Assembly: GCA_010356995.1 (NCBI GenBank)
Contig: ML996704.1
Span: 372,001-436,000, forward strand
Direction: 5' to 3'
Source: Trichodelitschia bisporula
Taxonomy: Eukaryota
Length of the DNA stretch: 64,000 bases
Shown: positions 32,796 to 42,400 of the stretch, piece after piece
How the letters are laid out: every line of letters starts with the position of its first letter
Position numbering within the stretch: the stretch's first letter is position 1
Notes under the pieces: model-generated
The model's database searches: none
What the model saw: the letters and a program-made list of their open reading frames with translations, nothing else
Told to the model about the DNA's origin: nothing
Made by a program: the position numbers and the translations under genes

Positions 32796-35700
32796 TTATA
32801 TTGCCCCGGACTTCAAGCTCGCAAACACACTCGCCATCGCCGGCGTCAGATGCCGCGCAACCGGCATGGACGCCGTACCCGGACACACGAAAATATATCT
32901 CACCATAATGAGCGCCTCATCCTGAATAACATGCACCCCACTCGAAACCGCCTTCTGCTCGCCGCCGACCTCACACCCAAGCAGCACACGACACGAAGCA
33001 GGAAAGTTCATCGCACCCCAACGCTTCTCCGTCGTCCCAATCGCCGTCTTCGCATATCCCCACGCCGTCGACGGCTCCTCGGCCAGATATATGCCCTTGC
33101 CGTGGTACGCGCCGTTCGCCTGCAGCGGCGTACCGCTCATCTCGCGCAGGCCCAGCGTCAGAATCGCAAATACCCGGTCCAGCGACGTGCCGTGGAAGAG
33201 CACGCGTGTCGGCGCTTTGCCGACTTTTTCTGCGAAGCGCTTTTCCATCTCCGGCGTCCCGTTTGCTATTAGGTATTGATGTGTCCCTGGCGGGATGCTG
33301 GGAATGCGCAGCGGCCCAGTGGCCGGGACGATGTAGATTGGGAAGGCAAGGGCAAGGCCGCGAAGCAGGTCCGCGTAGGTGGGACCGGAACTCTGGGCGA
33401 AGGCTTGCGAGGTGAATGTGGCGTTTTGCAGGTCTGTGATCGGCGGGAGTGCGGCGATGGCGGTTTTGACGTCGCTGGGGTTGTTCACAGTGAAAGTCTC
33501 TAGGAACTTGCGGCCGTTGGGCGCACATGCAGCGCTCTGTAGTATCACCACGAGGAGGTCCAGGACGGGCGGGTGGCGCGTGAGCTTCACAAGCCAGCTC
33601 TTGGGCGTATTGAGCATGGTCATCATCGCGGCGCATTTGAAGTCAGCGCAGAGGGTTGTGTGGCGGAGGGGATGCGGATGAGGTTCTAGGCATACGGTGC
33701 AGGTAGAGCCGAGGAGGGTGATCGCCTTGGTAAGGTGCTGGTAGATGATAGCCAGCGAGGTGGCGCCTCCGCGGAGGTGCTTATATAGGGACTGGCTGAG
33801 GTGAAAGATGACGGGAGACATGCCGTCCTTTTGACAGTAGCGCTTCTTCGGCGTGATGTTGTCGACGAACACGAACTGGTACTTGTGGTTCTTGAAATGA
33901 TCCTGCTGACCTTCCAGCTTCTTGTCGAAGTGAATGCAAAACCCAAAGGACACGGGGTACCTGGACACCGTGAGGCGGACGAGTACGTTCTCCGCCCCTT
34001 CCACTTCCAGCGACTGACGCTGAAGCAACGGTAGCTTCGAGAGCGGAATTTGCAGTTCCACCTCTGATATCCCAATGCGCTCCACCACGTCAACCATTTC
34101 CACCGGCAGTTCGCTCATGATATCGTCCAGCAGCGAGGTGTCTTCAATGCCGAGCTGCTTCAGCGCCTTCCCCACGCCTTCGGGGTCCACCGCCTTGAAT
34201 GCCATGCGCAGGCCCTCTAGATTCTGCGCTTCAGCCATCATATTTCCCAGTATGGACTGCATTTTCGCCTTGCGCGCGTCCAGAGCTGCCAGGTTGGCAT
34301 TTTCGGTCTCCTCCCGGCTAATACCCAATAACGCCCCCACAGCGGCAACGGAAAGCCTATCTGTTTGACTCAGTCGCTTGGAACGCAGGTACGCGCAATG
34401 CATAATGACGGCATAATCCCGACTCTCCATGTGAAAAAGGTCAAGAATACGCAAACAGTGGGGAGGTCCATGGTCGTGGCTCGACTTTCGAACAGCTTTG
34501 AGCGCCTCCGCTACTAATGCCGCATTGTCCCCCGAAATGGAGAGCTTGAAAAATATCCTGGCCATGACATCCCAGTGTACGGTTTTAAATCCCTTGGAAA
34601 GTGATTGAAGTATCTGCTGAAGTGACTTTTTGAAGTTGGCCATGCCGAGGGGCCCAGCAAGAAGGCGAAACACCGGCTCACTCTTCCCCATCACGGTGAA
34701 GAGTGCTTGAACCATATCCTTATTGGGAATGAGATTCATGGTCCAGGTGTGAATCTCCACGATAGGTAGGGTTGTAATGGGAGGGACATCGCCAGAAAGG
34801 AGGTCGGCAAATAGGATGCCCATGCGCTCAACCCAAAGAAACCATAGAACAAGCGAGCGCGACTTAAACACGGTTTCTATAAACGTGATTGAATCCATGG
34901 TATACATTCGCTGCAGCACCACACGCCAACTGTGCTTGATGAGTTCCGGGTACTCGAATTTCCGGGTGGGAGACGTAAGGAAAAAGGCCAGATGAAAGCA
35001 AGCCAAGGCCGGCTCGTTTTCAGCTTCCATGAGGATGCTACTAAGGGATTTGTAATATCCCTCGCCGGGATTGGGTTCCTTCAGCATCTGCCCAATGCAT
35101 TGCGCCACAAGCGTCAGTTCGAACTTGTCCGGTTGTTGGAGGAGGAGGGTTGCGACGTGTTTGATGTGGGCGTCGGGGTCCCTTTGGCGCCATAATTCAG
35201 TAATCATGGCGATGATGGAGAGATCATCCGGGAGGAGAGAAGTCGGATGGATGTAGAGATGCAGTACATATGCATCGAACTTCGACCGGAGATTATGTAT
35301 AGGCCCAGGAGGGAGACTCCGGATAGCGACACCAGTGTCAAAGCAGGCACGCGTATCTTCCAGCGAGGGCCATTGATCGAAAAGTCTCTGGAGCCCTTGA
35401 TCGAAAAGTCTATGGGGACTGCCCGACAGTTCGGAGAGCCAGGGCGATGCTTCGACTTGCCGACGGATGTCCTGCAGGCTTGTGAGCGTACTAAGATGCC
35501 CGTTTGTCCACTCCTGGCCCTTGGACCAGAGCTGTAGCACTGCAGCCTGCCCGTTATTGACGATTCCGACCAGTCCTGCGATAATTTGCGGTTGGAAAAT
35601 CTCGCGCAAGCGGAACCCTTTCCCGGATCCCGTTGCTGCGGCGAAGAAGACCATGTCGCCGAGATGGGGTAGGACATTTTTGTCTTGAGCGTCCAGAAGT

Positions 35701-36806
35701 CTCGTTACCACCCTCGTCAGCTCGGGATGCTTCATCTCGAGGCAGCATTCTGCAATATCCAGGGCACGTTCGCTCAGTGCAGCTCTCCACACCAGGAGGT
35801 AGCGAATAAGCGTCCCTTCGGAGTCGCTTCCCACAGCTGCCCGAAAAAGGACGGCTTTCATGCGTCTTATGATTTCTCGCAAATGTTGCACATCCGGGCT
35901 TGATATTTCCAACACAAAGTTGCCATAGGTGATGGTCGTCAGTGGACTTTGCTCGAAGGAGTCCATGATGCTCTGAAGCAAGGTCGGCTTTGTGGGGTCT
36001 TTGAAGCAAGGACCGTCCAGAGCAATGATATCGCGGAAAACTTCGCGCTCTCTGTTCTCGAGGGTGTCGTAAAGCTTGATGGAGTGAATATTCGGCTTCC
36101 ACGAGGCCCACGCACGCCAGCTTGGCCATTCGCTCTCCAGAATTTGTATGAGAGATATTGACGGTATTGGGCTGATTTTGGGTGTGAAGCCAATCGACAG
36201 GCAGCTGACAACATCGTGGATCACGTACAACCGGCCCGAGGTGGCGAGTTGCTCGACGTAGCTTTGGAACTCTCGACAAATGTGACGTGATAAAACTGCT
36301 GAGTGTTCGTACACCCGGGATGACATTGGTACCCCTCTTTTGAGGAGAACAAGCATGCGTTGGAAAGCGAATGGCTTGTCTGTACACATGGGAGGTAGCA
36401 TGTAGAGTAGATCCCGAGCGCGCGCAGCTTCATCGGCATCTACAATAGCGGGGTGATATTTGTGAACCGAGAGAAGAATCCGAAGATATGTCGGAAGCTC
36501 GCTGAAGTATTCCGGAACAGCTTTCAATTCCATGAGGAGCAACTGGATCGCCGTTTGGGAGAGGGCATGGCAGCATGCCGCGACAGCCACATCTTTTCTG
36601 TCGAATTTCCTGATGGCAGGGAGAAGGATGTCGTCAAGTTGCACCTTGCTTGTACTCTTCTTTTGTATGTATCCGTCGGTAGTTTGCTGGACTCTCTGCC
36701 ACGGAAATGCGGGGTCGGCGGGGTTGTGGCCATCTGCGATCTTTTCGATCTGTCGATGGAGCGGTTCAGCGCCTCGCAGGCAATCGAAGGAGAGGAAGAA
36801 TCTCAT
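32796..36806 (-). CDS. PARP-catalytic-domain protein (PARP6/8/16-like, probable mono-ADP-ribosyltransferase), 1,336 aa, intronless
   Basis: C-terminal VLFHGTS..AIL..GLR..NGAYHGKGIYLAEEPSTAWGYA..VLLGCEV..VHVIQDEALIMVRYIF; preceded by CTVC.EPH..TTLC...C and VLDLLV, resembling the PARP6/8 Cys-rich region; ~900-aa helical N-terminus of unknown family. Confidence 0.92.
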   Translation of the reverse strand: MRFFLSFDCLRGAEPLHRQIEKIADGHNPADPAFPWQRVQQTTDGYIQKKSTSKVQLDDILLPAIRKFDRKDVAVAACCHALSQTAIQLLLMELKAVPEYFSELPTYLRILLSVHKYHPAIVDADEAARARDLLYMLPPMCTDKPFAFQRMLVLLKRGVPMSSRVYEHSAVLSRHICREFQSYVEQLATSGRLYVIHDVVSCLSIGFTPKISPIPSISLIQILESEWPSWRAWASWKPNIHSIKLYDTLENREREVFRDIIALDGPCFKDPTKPTLLQSIMDSFEQSPLTTITYGNFVLEISSPDVQHLREIIRRMKAVLFRAAVGSDSEGTLIRYLLVWRAALSERALDIAECCLEMKHPELTRVVTRLLDAQDKNVLPHLGDMVFFAAATGSGKGFRLREIFQPQIIAGLVGIVNNGQAAVLQLWSKGQEWTNGHLSTLTSLQDIRRQVEASPWLSELSGSPHRLFDQGLQRLFDQWPSLEDTRACFDTGVAIRSLPPGPIHNLRSKFDAYVLHLYIHPTSLLPDDLSIIAMITELWRQRDPDAHIKHVATLLLQQPDKFELTLVAQCIGQMLKEPNPGEGYYKSLSSILMEAENEPALACFHLAFFLTSPTRKFEYPELIKHSWRVVLQRMYTMDSITFIETVFKSRSLVLWFLWVERMGILFADLLSGDVPPITTLPIVEIHTWTMNLIPNKDMVQALFTVMGKSEPVFRLLAGPLGMANFKKSLQQILQSLSKGFKTVHWDVMARIFFKLSISGDNAALVAEALKAVRKSSHDHGPPHCLRILDLFHMESRDYAVIMHCAYLRSKRLSQTDRLSVAAVGALLGISREETENANLAALDARKAKMQSILGNMMAEAQNLEGLRMAFKAVDPEGVGKALKQLGIEDTSLLDDIMSELPVEMVDVVERIGISEVELQIPLSKLPLLQRQSLEVEGAENVLVRLTVSRYPVSFGFCIHFDKKLEGQQDHFKNHKYQFVFVDNITPKKRYCQKDGMSPVIFHLSQSLYKHLRGGATSLAIIYQHLTKAITLLGSTCTVCLEPHPHPLRHTTLCADFKCAAMMTMLNTPKSWLVKLTRHPPVLDLLVVILQSAACAPNGRKFLETFTVNNPSDVKTAIAALPPITDLQNATFTSQAFAQSSGPTYADLLRGLALAFPIYIVPATGPLRIPSIPPGTHQYLIANGTPEMEKRFAEKVGKAPTRVLFHGTSLDRVFAILTLGLREMSGTPLQANGAYHGKGIYLAEEPSTAWGYAKTAIGTTEKRWGAMNFPASCRVLLGCEVGGEQKAVSSGVHVIQDEALIMVRYIFVCPGTASMPVARHLTPAMASVFASLKSGAI

Positions 36807-37890
36807 TGAGAATAGTGGCGAAGTTGTGGTCGGAGGAGGAGCGTTCTTTTTCGGAGGAAGTGACGTTGCGGGCCAGGGTCCATATGTCTTTCATACGAGG
36901 GTGAAGCTCGTACTCGCAGGCGGTTTCACGATTCCTCGAGGGGCTGAAGACCGTTGTACTTTAGATTTACAATAAGGTCCGAGGCTCCTCAGACGCCACC
37001 GCAATGAGGAGTATACGGGAAACGCGGCTGATGTGGGGGTACCGGAAGGCAGATAGCTGTGTTGGCGACATCCTCAGCCTCACGATCACGAAAGATATTG
37101 GAGATAGACAGGGTGAGGCGGAAAGAAAGCTTGAGGATGTTACATACCGTGTGGTCAATTGGGTACAGAATGAAGACAGAGACTTGCACTGCTGATGCAG
37201 CGGTTGTGGGGTGGACGGAATACTACGCGAGCGTCGTCCGGGTATACGTAGTCTGAACCCTGGCAGCGCGTGGTAGTTTTGGTCGGCGGCATCAATGACC
37301 AGTCGAGGAGAGCCCAGTCAGCGCATGACATTGAGGACGTCCGTCGAAAACGAGAGTCCGGGGGAGGCAGAGTTGTACTAGAGAAGCTTGAGGCGAATTG
37401 TTAAGTGGAAAGCGAAGGGAGGGGTAGCTCGCGAGCTTGACGGGACGAAGCCATAGGATTGGTGTATGTATGCAGAGCGTCACCGAAACCCATCTGGATA
37501 CGGTAGGTCCAGAGGACTCGGTGCGGACTCAATGCCATGAGACGCTGCAGCATTCGATGCACTGTTTCTGGAAAAGGAGCCTGACCGCTGGCGGGGCTGA
37601 ATGCTGAAAAGCCTTATGGAGCGTAAATACGCCTGCCAAGCCACCCGTGCTGCGACTGTGCATTAGCATCAGGCTGGCATGTCTCTTTTCTTATCATCTT
37701 TGCGACCAAAAACTGCGCAGCTATTTTCGCATCGAGGTCCTTTTGACAATTAGAATACGAAAGGTGGGACTATATTAGTTTCACTTTGCCTCTACTGGAA
37801 GGCGTAGAGCCCTCAAAATCATCGCCGGCCCTTCCAAGTGGACTCTTGACCTCCCCCACCTCGACACCACCACTCCCCGGCTAGCTCAGC

Positions 37891-39402
37891 CTAATGCTGT
37901 TTACGAAGGTGTGCAGCGGCCTGACGAATGAAATCTCCTGCAGCAAGGAAGGAAGGATTAGCACATGTTTCAGCCTGCAGGACGCCCGCCTCAACTGTCC
38001 ATTCGCCACGAGCGGAAGCGGGAGCGGGGTTGTGAGACTGATGAGAGAGTGTGTAGAGCAAGTGCAGGACGAACGTACCAGTCTTGTGGAAGCATGTCCG
38101 GTTTCCTTGTGCGTCTCGCACCGCTTCTCCAATCGTCGTGTCATAGGCCATCCCGGTGTGTGAGTCTCTCGCCGGCACCCGCAATCCGTCTAGGGCGGTC
38201 TGCTCGGCTTGCGGAAGGGTGGCAACATAGGCGAGAAACTCGTCTGTAGCCTTGCGACTATCCAACGCGTTGTCGCTTTGGTCCTTGAGCAAGACGGGCC
38301 ATAGCTTGTTCATCTCGTCAATCGTTTTGTCACGCACGCCCTGCTTCAGCCTGCTTTGTTCGATCTGCAGCGCTGCCAGCGCTTTTCCGAGCGGATGTTG
38401 GACGATGGCGCGAATGTCATTGGCCGCGAACATTTGTTTGCTCAGCGGATTGCGCATGACTCCCGAGTTGGCTGTAATGGCTTGTGCCAATTCCTCCATG
38501 TCCCATGCGTAGCCGTCCTCGGTGACATAGAAGTTGGTCCGCGGTATGTCCGAAATGGGGTCGCCGAGCATTGTCTCGTCGTTGACATAGGTACGGCCGA
38601 GCAGCTCGTGCTCGATGTGCATCATGGCAGTAGTGGCGTGGGGCTGCATGTCTTTCGGCAGCGCTGCCCTGAGAACTTTCACTCGCTTTGCAAGATTCTC
38701 GCCCAGCGCGTCGTTGTCCGGTGCGTCCGGCCGCGATCGCAGCCACTTGGACATGTCGCAAAGGTCTGCGTATACTGTTTCGACAGCTTTCTTCGGGTCG
38801 GCTTCCATGGCCCTCGCGACAGCTCGGGCGCTCCCGGGAGCTTGAATGCGCTCGGCAACCTTAGCTTGCTGATGCTGGGTGCGAAGCAGTGTAACAATCT
38901 TGCCCGCGGCCAGGGACTCAACATCCTCAAGGAAACTGTTGTCGAACCCTCCCGCACCCGTATTTTGCATTAGCTCATCGAGGAACAGAGCGTCGCTTTG
39001 TAGTGCCTTGGCCTTCGCACTGAACTGTTCATAGTCTGTGAGCCACTTCTCTCTTAGTCGAGCACGCTCCGCTGGGTTGTCTGGCAGTTTGGGGATGCTT
39101 GTGGGGGGCTTGTATGGTGGGAGCTCTGCCTTTGGCGATGTCTTCAGGGCTTTTCTGTTTACGGCGGGTTTTGCGGCTTGTTTGGCGGAGCAAAATGCTT
39201 TGTGCCACTCGAGGACCTGTGGGTCGAGCGAGACAAGCGTCAACAACTCCTGGGTCTGCTCGCGGACGGCGTCATCCCAACCGGCAGCGATAAACTGTTG
39301 TACGAGGAGCTTTCGCGCTTCGACTCCGGGAGGGTGTCGTTCGATTTCTTCGTAGAGCTCGCTGAGAAGTGACAGATCGAGTTCCTCACGTGTTGTGGCC
39401 AT
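37891..39402 (-). CDS. Hypothetical protein (~456 aa) with TPR-like N-terminus and a U-box/RING-like segment
   Basis: Start taken at MATTREELDL (39402); intron 38078-37938 (GTACGT..GCTAAT..CAG, 141 nt) joins CFHKTG/DFIRQAAAHLRK. Segment NDETMLGDPISDIP..FYVTEDGYAWDMEELAQAI..MRNPLSKQMF follows the U-box-type pattern. Confidence 0.85.
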   Translation of the reverse strand: MATTREELDLSLLSELYEEIERHPPGVEARKLLVQQFIAAGWDDAVREQTQELLTLVSLDPQVLEWHKAFCSAKQAAKPAVNRKALKTSPKAELPPYKPPTSIPKLPDNPAERARLREKWLTDYEQFSAKAKALQSDALFLDELMQNTGAGGFDNSFLEDVESLAAGKIVTLLRTQHQQAKVAERIQAPGSARAVARAMEADPKKAVETVYADLCDMSKWLRSRPDAPDNDALGENLAKRVKVLRAALPKDMQPHATTAMMHIEHELLGRTYVNDETMLGDPISDIPRTNFYVTEDGYAWDMEELAQAITANSGVMRNPLSKQMFAANDIRAIVQHPLGKALAALQIEQSRLKQGVRDKTIDEMNKLWPVLLKDQSDNALDSRKATDEFLAYVATLPQAEQTALDGLRVPARDSHTGMAYDTTIGEAVRDAQGNRTCFHKTGTFVLHLLYTLSHQSHNPAPASARGEWTVEAGVLQAETCANPSFLAAGDFIRQAAAHLRKQH

Positions 39403-42400
39403 GGCTAATATGTGAAAGCGAGAGATGCGGATAGACAGGTATGGATTTGGGCGATTTGAAGCCGGATAAAAGTGTGCAGCCGAAATCTGTTCAGTGTACA
39501 TGAAAGAGAGCACACAAAGGTCCGTATGGCAGTGATGTTTTTATGGGGCAGCTATTTCGGCAAAGTTGCAGACCCGGGGAGAGGGCCGCGAGGGCGTCTC
39601 CCACAGGCACGTGTAGCTTCTAACAGTTGAACGGTATGCGGGTGCTGGTTGCTTTGGTGGCCTGTTGCTGGTTGCTGGTTGCTGGTTCTGGTTGCTGCCG
39701 TCTGCTAGTCGCCAGTGCCACATCCCGCAGTGTGCACAGCCTCTGAAGCCTAAGGCGGCGCAGTCAAGTTCAGGCGATGTGGAAAACCGCACTATCTCTG
39801 GCGCCTTGAGCCCTGTCCATCTCAACCTTTCCATCAACTGGTTAGCTAACGGTAGTAGACACACAGGTTTGCCAGTCCCACCTCACACAGCCTGATGCAT
39901 TTCGTCCAGTCCTCCATCTCGCCTGACACTCGTTTCTTATCTTATGAGTCTTAGCAACCCCCACAGGGCTTTTCGTATCGCCTTCCTTCATCGCGGACCC
40001 GATTCTTGAATCATAAACGAGCTGGAGGAAAGCGACACAACAACGACTATATCACCGATGGGAAGAGGTGACGTCTCTCAAAGCGCGACCTGGGAGATTG
40101 AATCGGCTCAACGCTAAAACGCGCTCGGCTAGTTGGAATGGCTTGATCTCCCACTTATGACCTCACCCATTGGCTCTCATAATTCCTCGGTTCTCATTCG
40201 TCGCTGCTGGCTTGCGATGGATGCCATGAAGTCCATGGAACACAATTGCTTGCTTCACTCATCTACAGTCCTACGGCTCTGCTCCTCTGTCTCTATGGTG
40301 CTGTAGCATTGGCCGCGTTGCAATTGCACACCGGCTCAGAAACCCATCAGAGGCTAAGTCTAAATTATGATCTAGTTTAAAGGCTTTCAACTTCTTCCTT
40401 TCGCTGACATGGTTACCTCAGATCTTACCTTTGACGTCTCCATGCCGCTCGCTTTCACGCTCGCTCTCAGCTTCTCACGGATATCTTACAACTATTGAAT
40501 TACAAGTTTCTGAAAGGCGCCAAGTAGCACACAATCCTTGGACGAGCTGGCATATCTTCCGGCGAAATGATGATGCAGCACTACATATTCCTTCTAGAAC
40601 GCCAATTCACGGCCAAGTGCGCTATTCAGAGAATGATAAGACTGAGCCATGGCAAACGGATGCCACGGGATTGACACTCTCGGACAAGCTGTCACTTTGC
40701 TCGGATCGCGACCCCGAAAGCAATAGGGCAACTGGCCAGACCAGGCGCCAACCGTACTAGCCAGCATCACGCCCAGGGACCAATTAACTCGCAGGCCTGC
40801 AGCAAGTGTCGACTGTTCTGGGCACCATCGCCTGGCCTGGCTAGCCGTAGCAGCGATATCAACGTCAACCACTCACAATATCCACCAACCTGGGCCGTTT
40901 CACCTCCGGATCTTGTCCGTCATTTCATCCTACTAATGAGCAGGCCATATATCCACCTCACTGTCGCGCCTGTGTGCCCTTCCAAGCCAGCACAGGACAA
41001 CAACGAAATATCCAAGTCCTCACCAGCGCTAAACCGAACCACCCAAGGCCTCGGCCCTTCTTTACGGTTCTACGCCCTGGCCTGCCAAACGCTTGATAAT
41101 CGCGCCCGGCCCGAAACTTGGCCCGAGGATTGCCTGCGCCGATCCCGTTGTCATATCGACTGCATGGCGCGCCCGAATCGGCAGGGAGAAGTCCGGCTCA
41201 GCCTTTTTGGCGCCCATTTCGGACGTCTGGGCGCCGATTCCTCCCTATCCGGAGTCTGGGCTCTCTGGCCACTCCATATCCGGCTTCTGGGCTTTGCGTC
41301 TGGGCTGGAGTTATGGTAGGGCTGGCGAGGCCGCGAGGCGCTCTGGTACGAGACTCGGTAATATCTGGGACTGGGCGCCGACACTGCATCTTACTTCCGC
41401 ACAGTACGGACACTTGGCTTCACGAGAGAGCAAAAAATGCCGCATTCAGCGGCTAAGACGGACGTCTTGGACGTGATGAGGATGCCCTCGACACGCATGC
41501 TCGCGTGCCACGCCGGTGCTTGACGGGAAGCATGTCCGGTACGTAGCGGTAACCCGCACCATCCGCCTCGCTCGTCCACCCTAGCACCCGGCACCCACCT
41601 GGCTAGTCCTCGATGTCTCCCTCCCGAAGCACGCATGCCGCACGCCCCCACGCCGCTGTCCAACCCCGGAGCTTGGCGCCTGCCCTACTTCTCCCCGCAT
41701 ATCATGCACGGTACCGGAAATGGCAATGCCAAGAGAATGGTACGGACGCTGGTTGGTACTGCTGGTCGGTACTTGCCGCTGGAGCCACCGGATGCGGCTC
41801 TTGGGATGGGGTATGCAGGCGTGCATGACCTAGGCTATGGGGATATGGGGGCGGTGTGGTGGACCGAGTAGCCGATCGGACCCGATGGATTTATGACTGG
41901 CGTGCGGGCTTGGAGATCGGTAGGTGTGGGGTTGGGTTTGATTTGCGGGGTCTGCGTTGTGGGGGTTTGGGGGTTGGGAGTGCCGGGCCGAAGCCGAGGC
42001 TGAGATTGGGGTTATCGGGATTGGCTTGGATTGTCAGATGGTTGATCTGAATTCTCGGCATTCACGGTTATTTTGGGAGAGAAGGTTCTGGATTCGGCTG
42101 ATGAGGGCGTGACAATTTGCTGCTTGCGGCGGTTGTATGATAGGAATGGCTCTTTCGTGTCATCGGGCACGTCGGGTTAGGTATCAGTGCGCATATTCAT
42201 ATCTGGTCGCGTGCACTTGCTCACTTCTGTCACGTTCTTGATGTGTAATCTTCGGACTGGATGTTGATACATCCGTATACAGTGTATTCTCCTAGTGGAT
42301 TATGGATGCCAAATCGCTGCTGCAGGGACTGTCACTGGGCACATTCGCCGTGTTCCGCAACGCAAGATACTCGCTCTGTAGTCAGACACAGCGAATTTTC

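Noticed and set aside
35374..35415. 24-bp internal duplication in the PARP gene (RLFDQGLQRLFDQW)
   Set aside because: Real but a minor in-frame duplication with no evident wider significance.
22860..40400. Idea that the three-gene block is cargo of a mobile element (e.g. Starship)
   Set aside because: No tyrosine-recombinase captain, transposase, terminal repeats or target-site duplication could be seen in this window.
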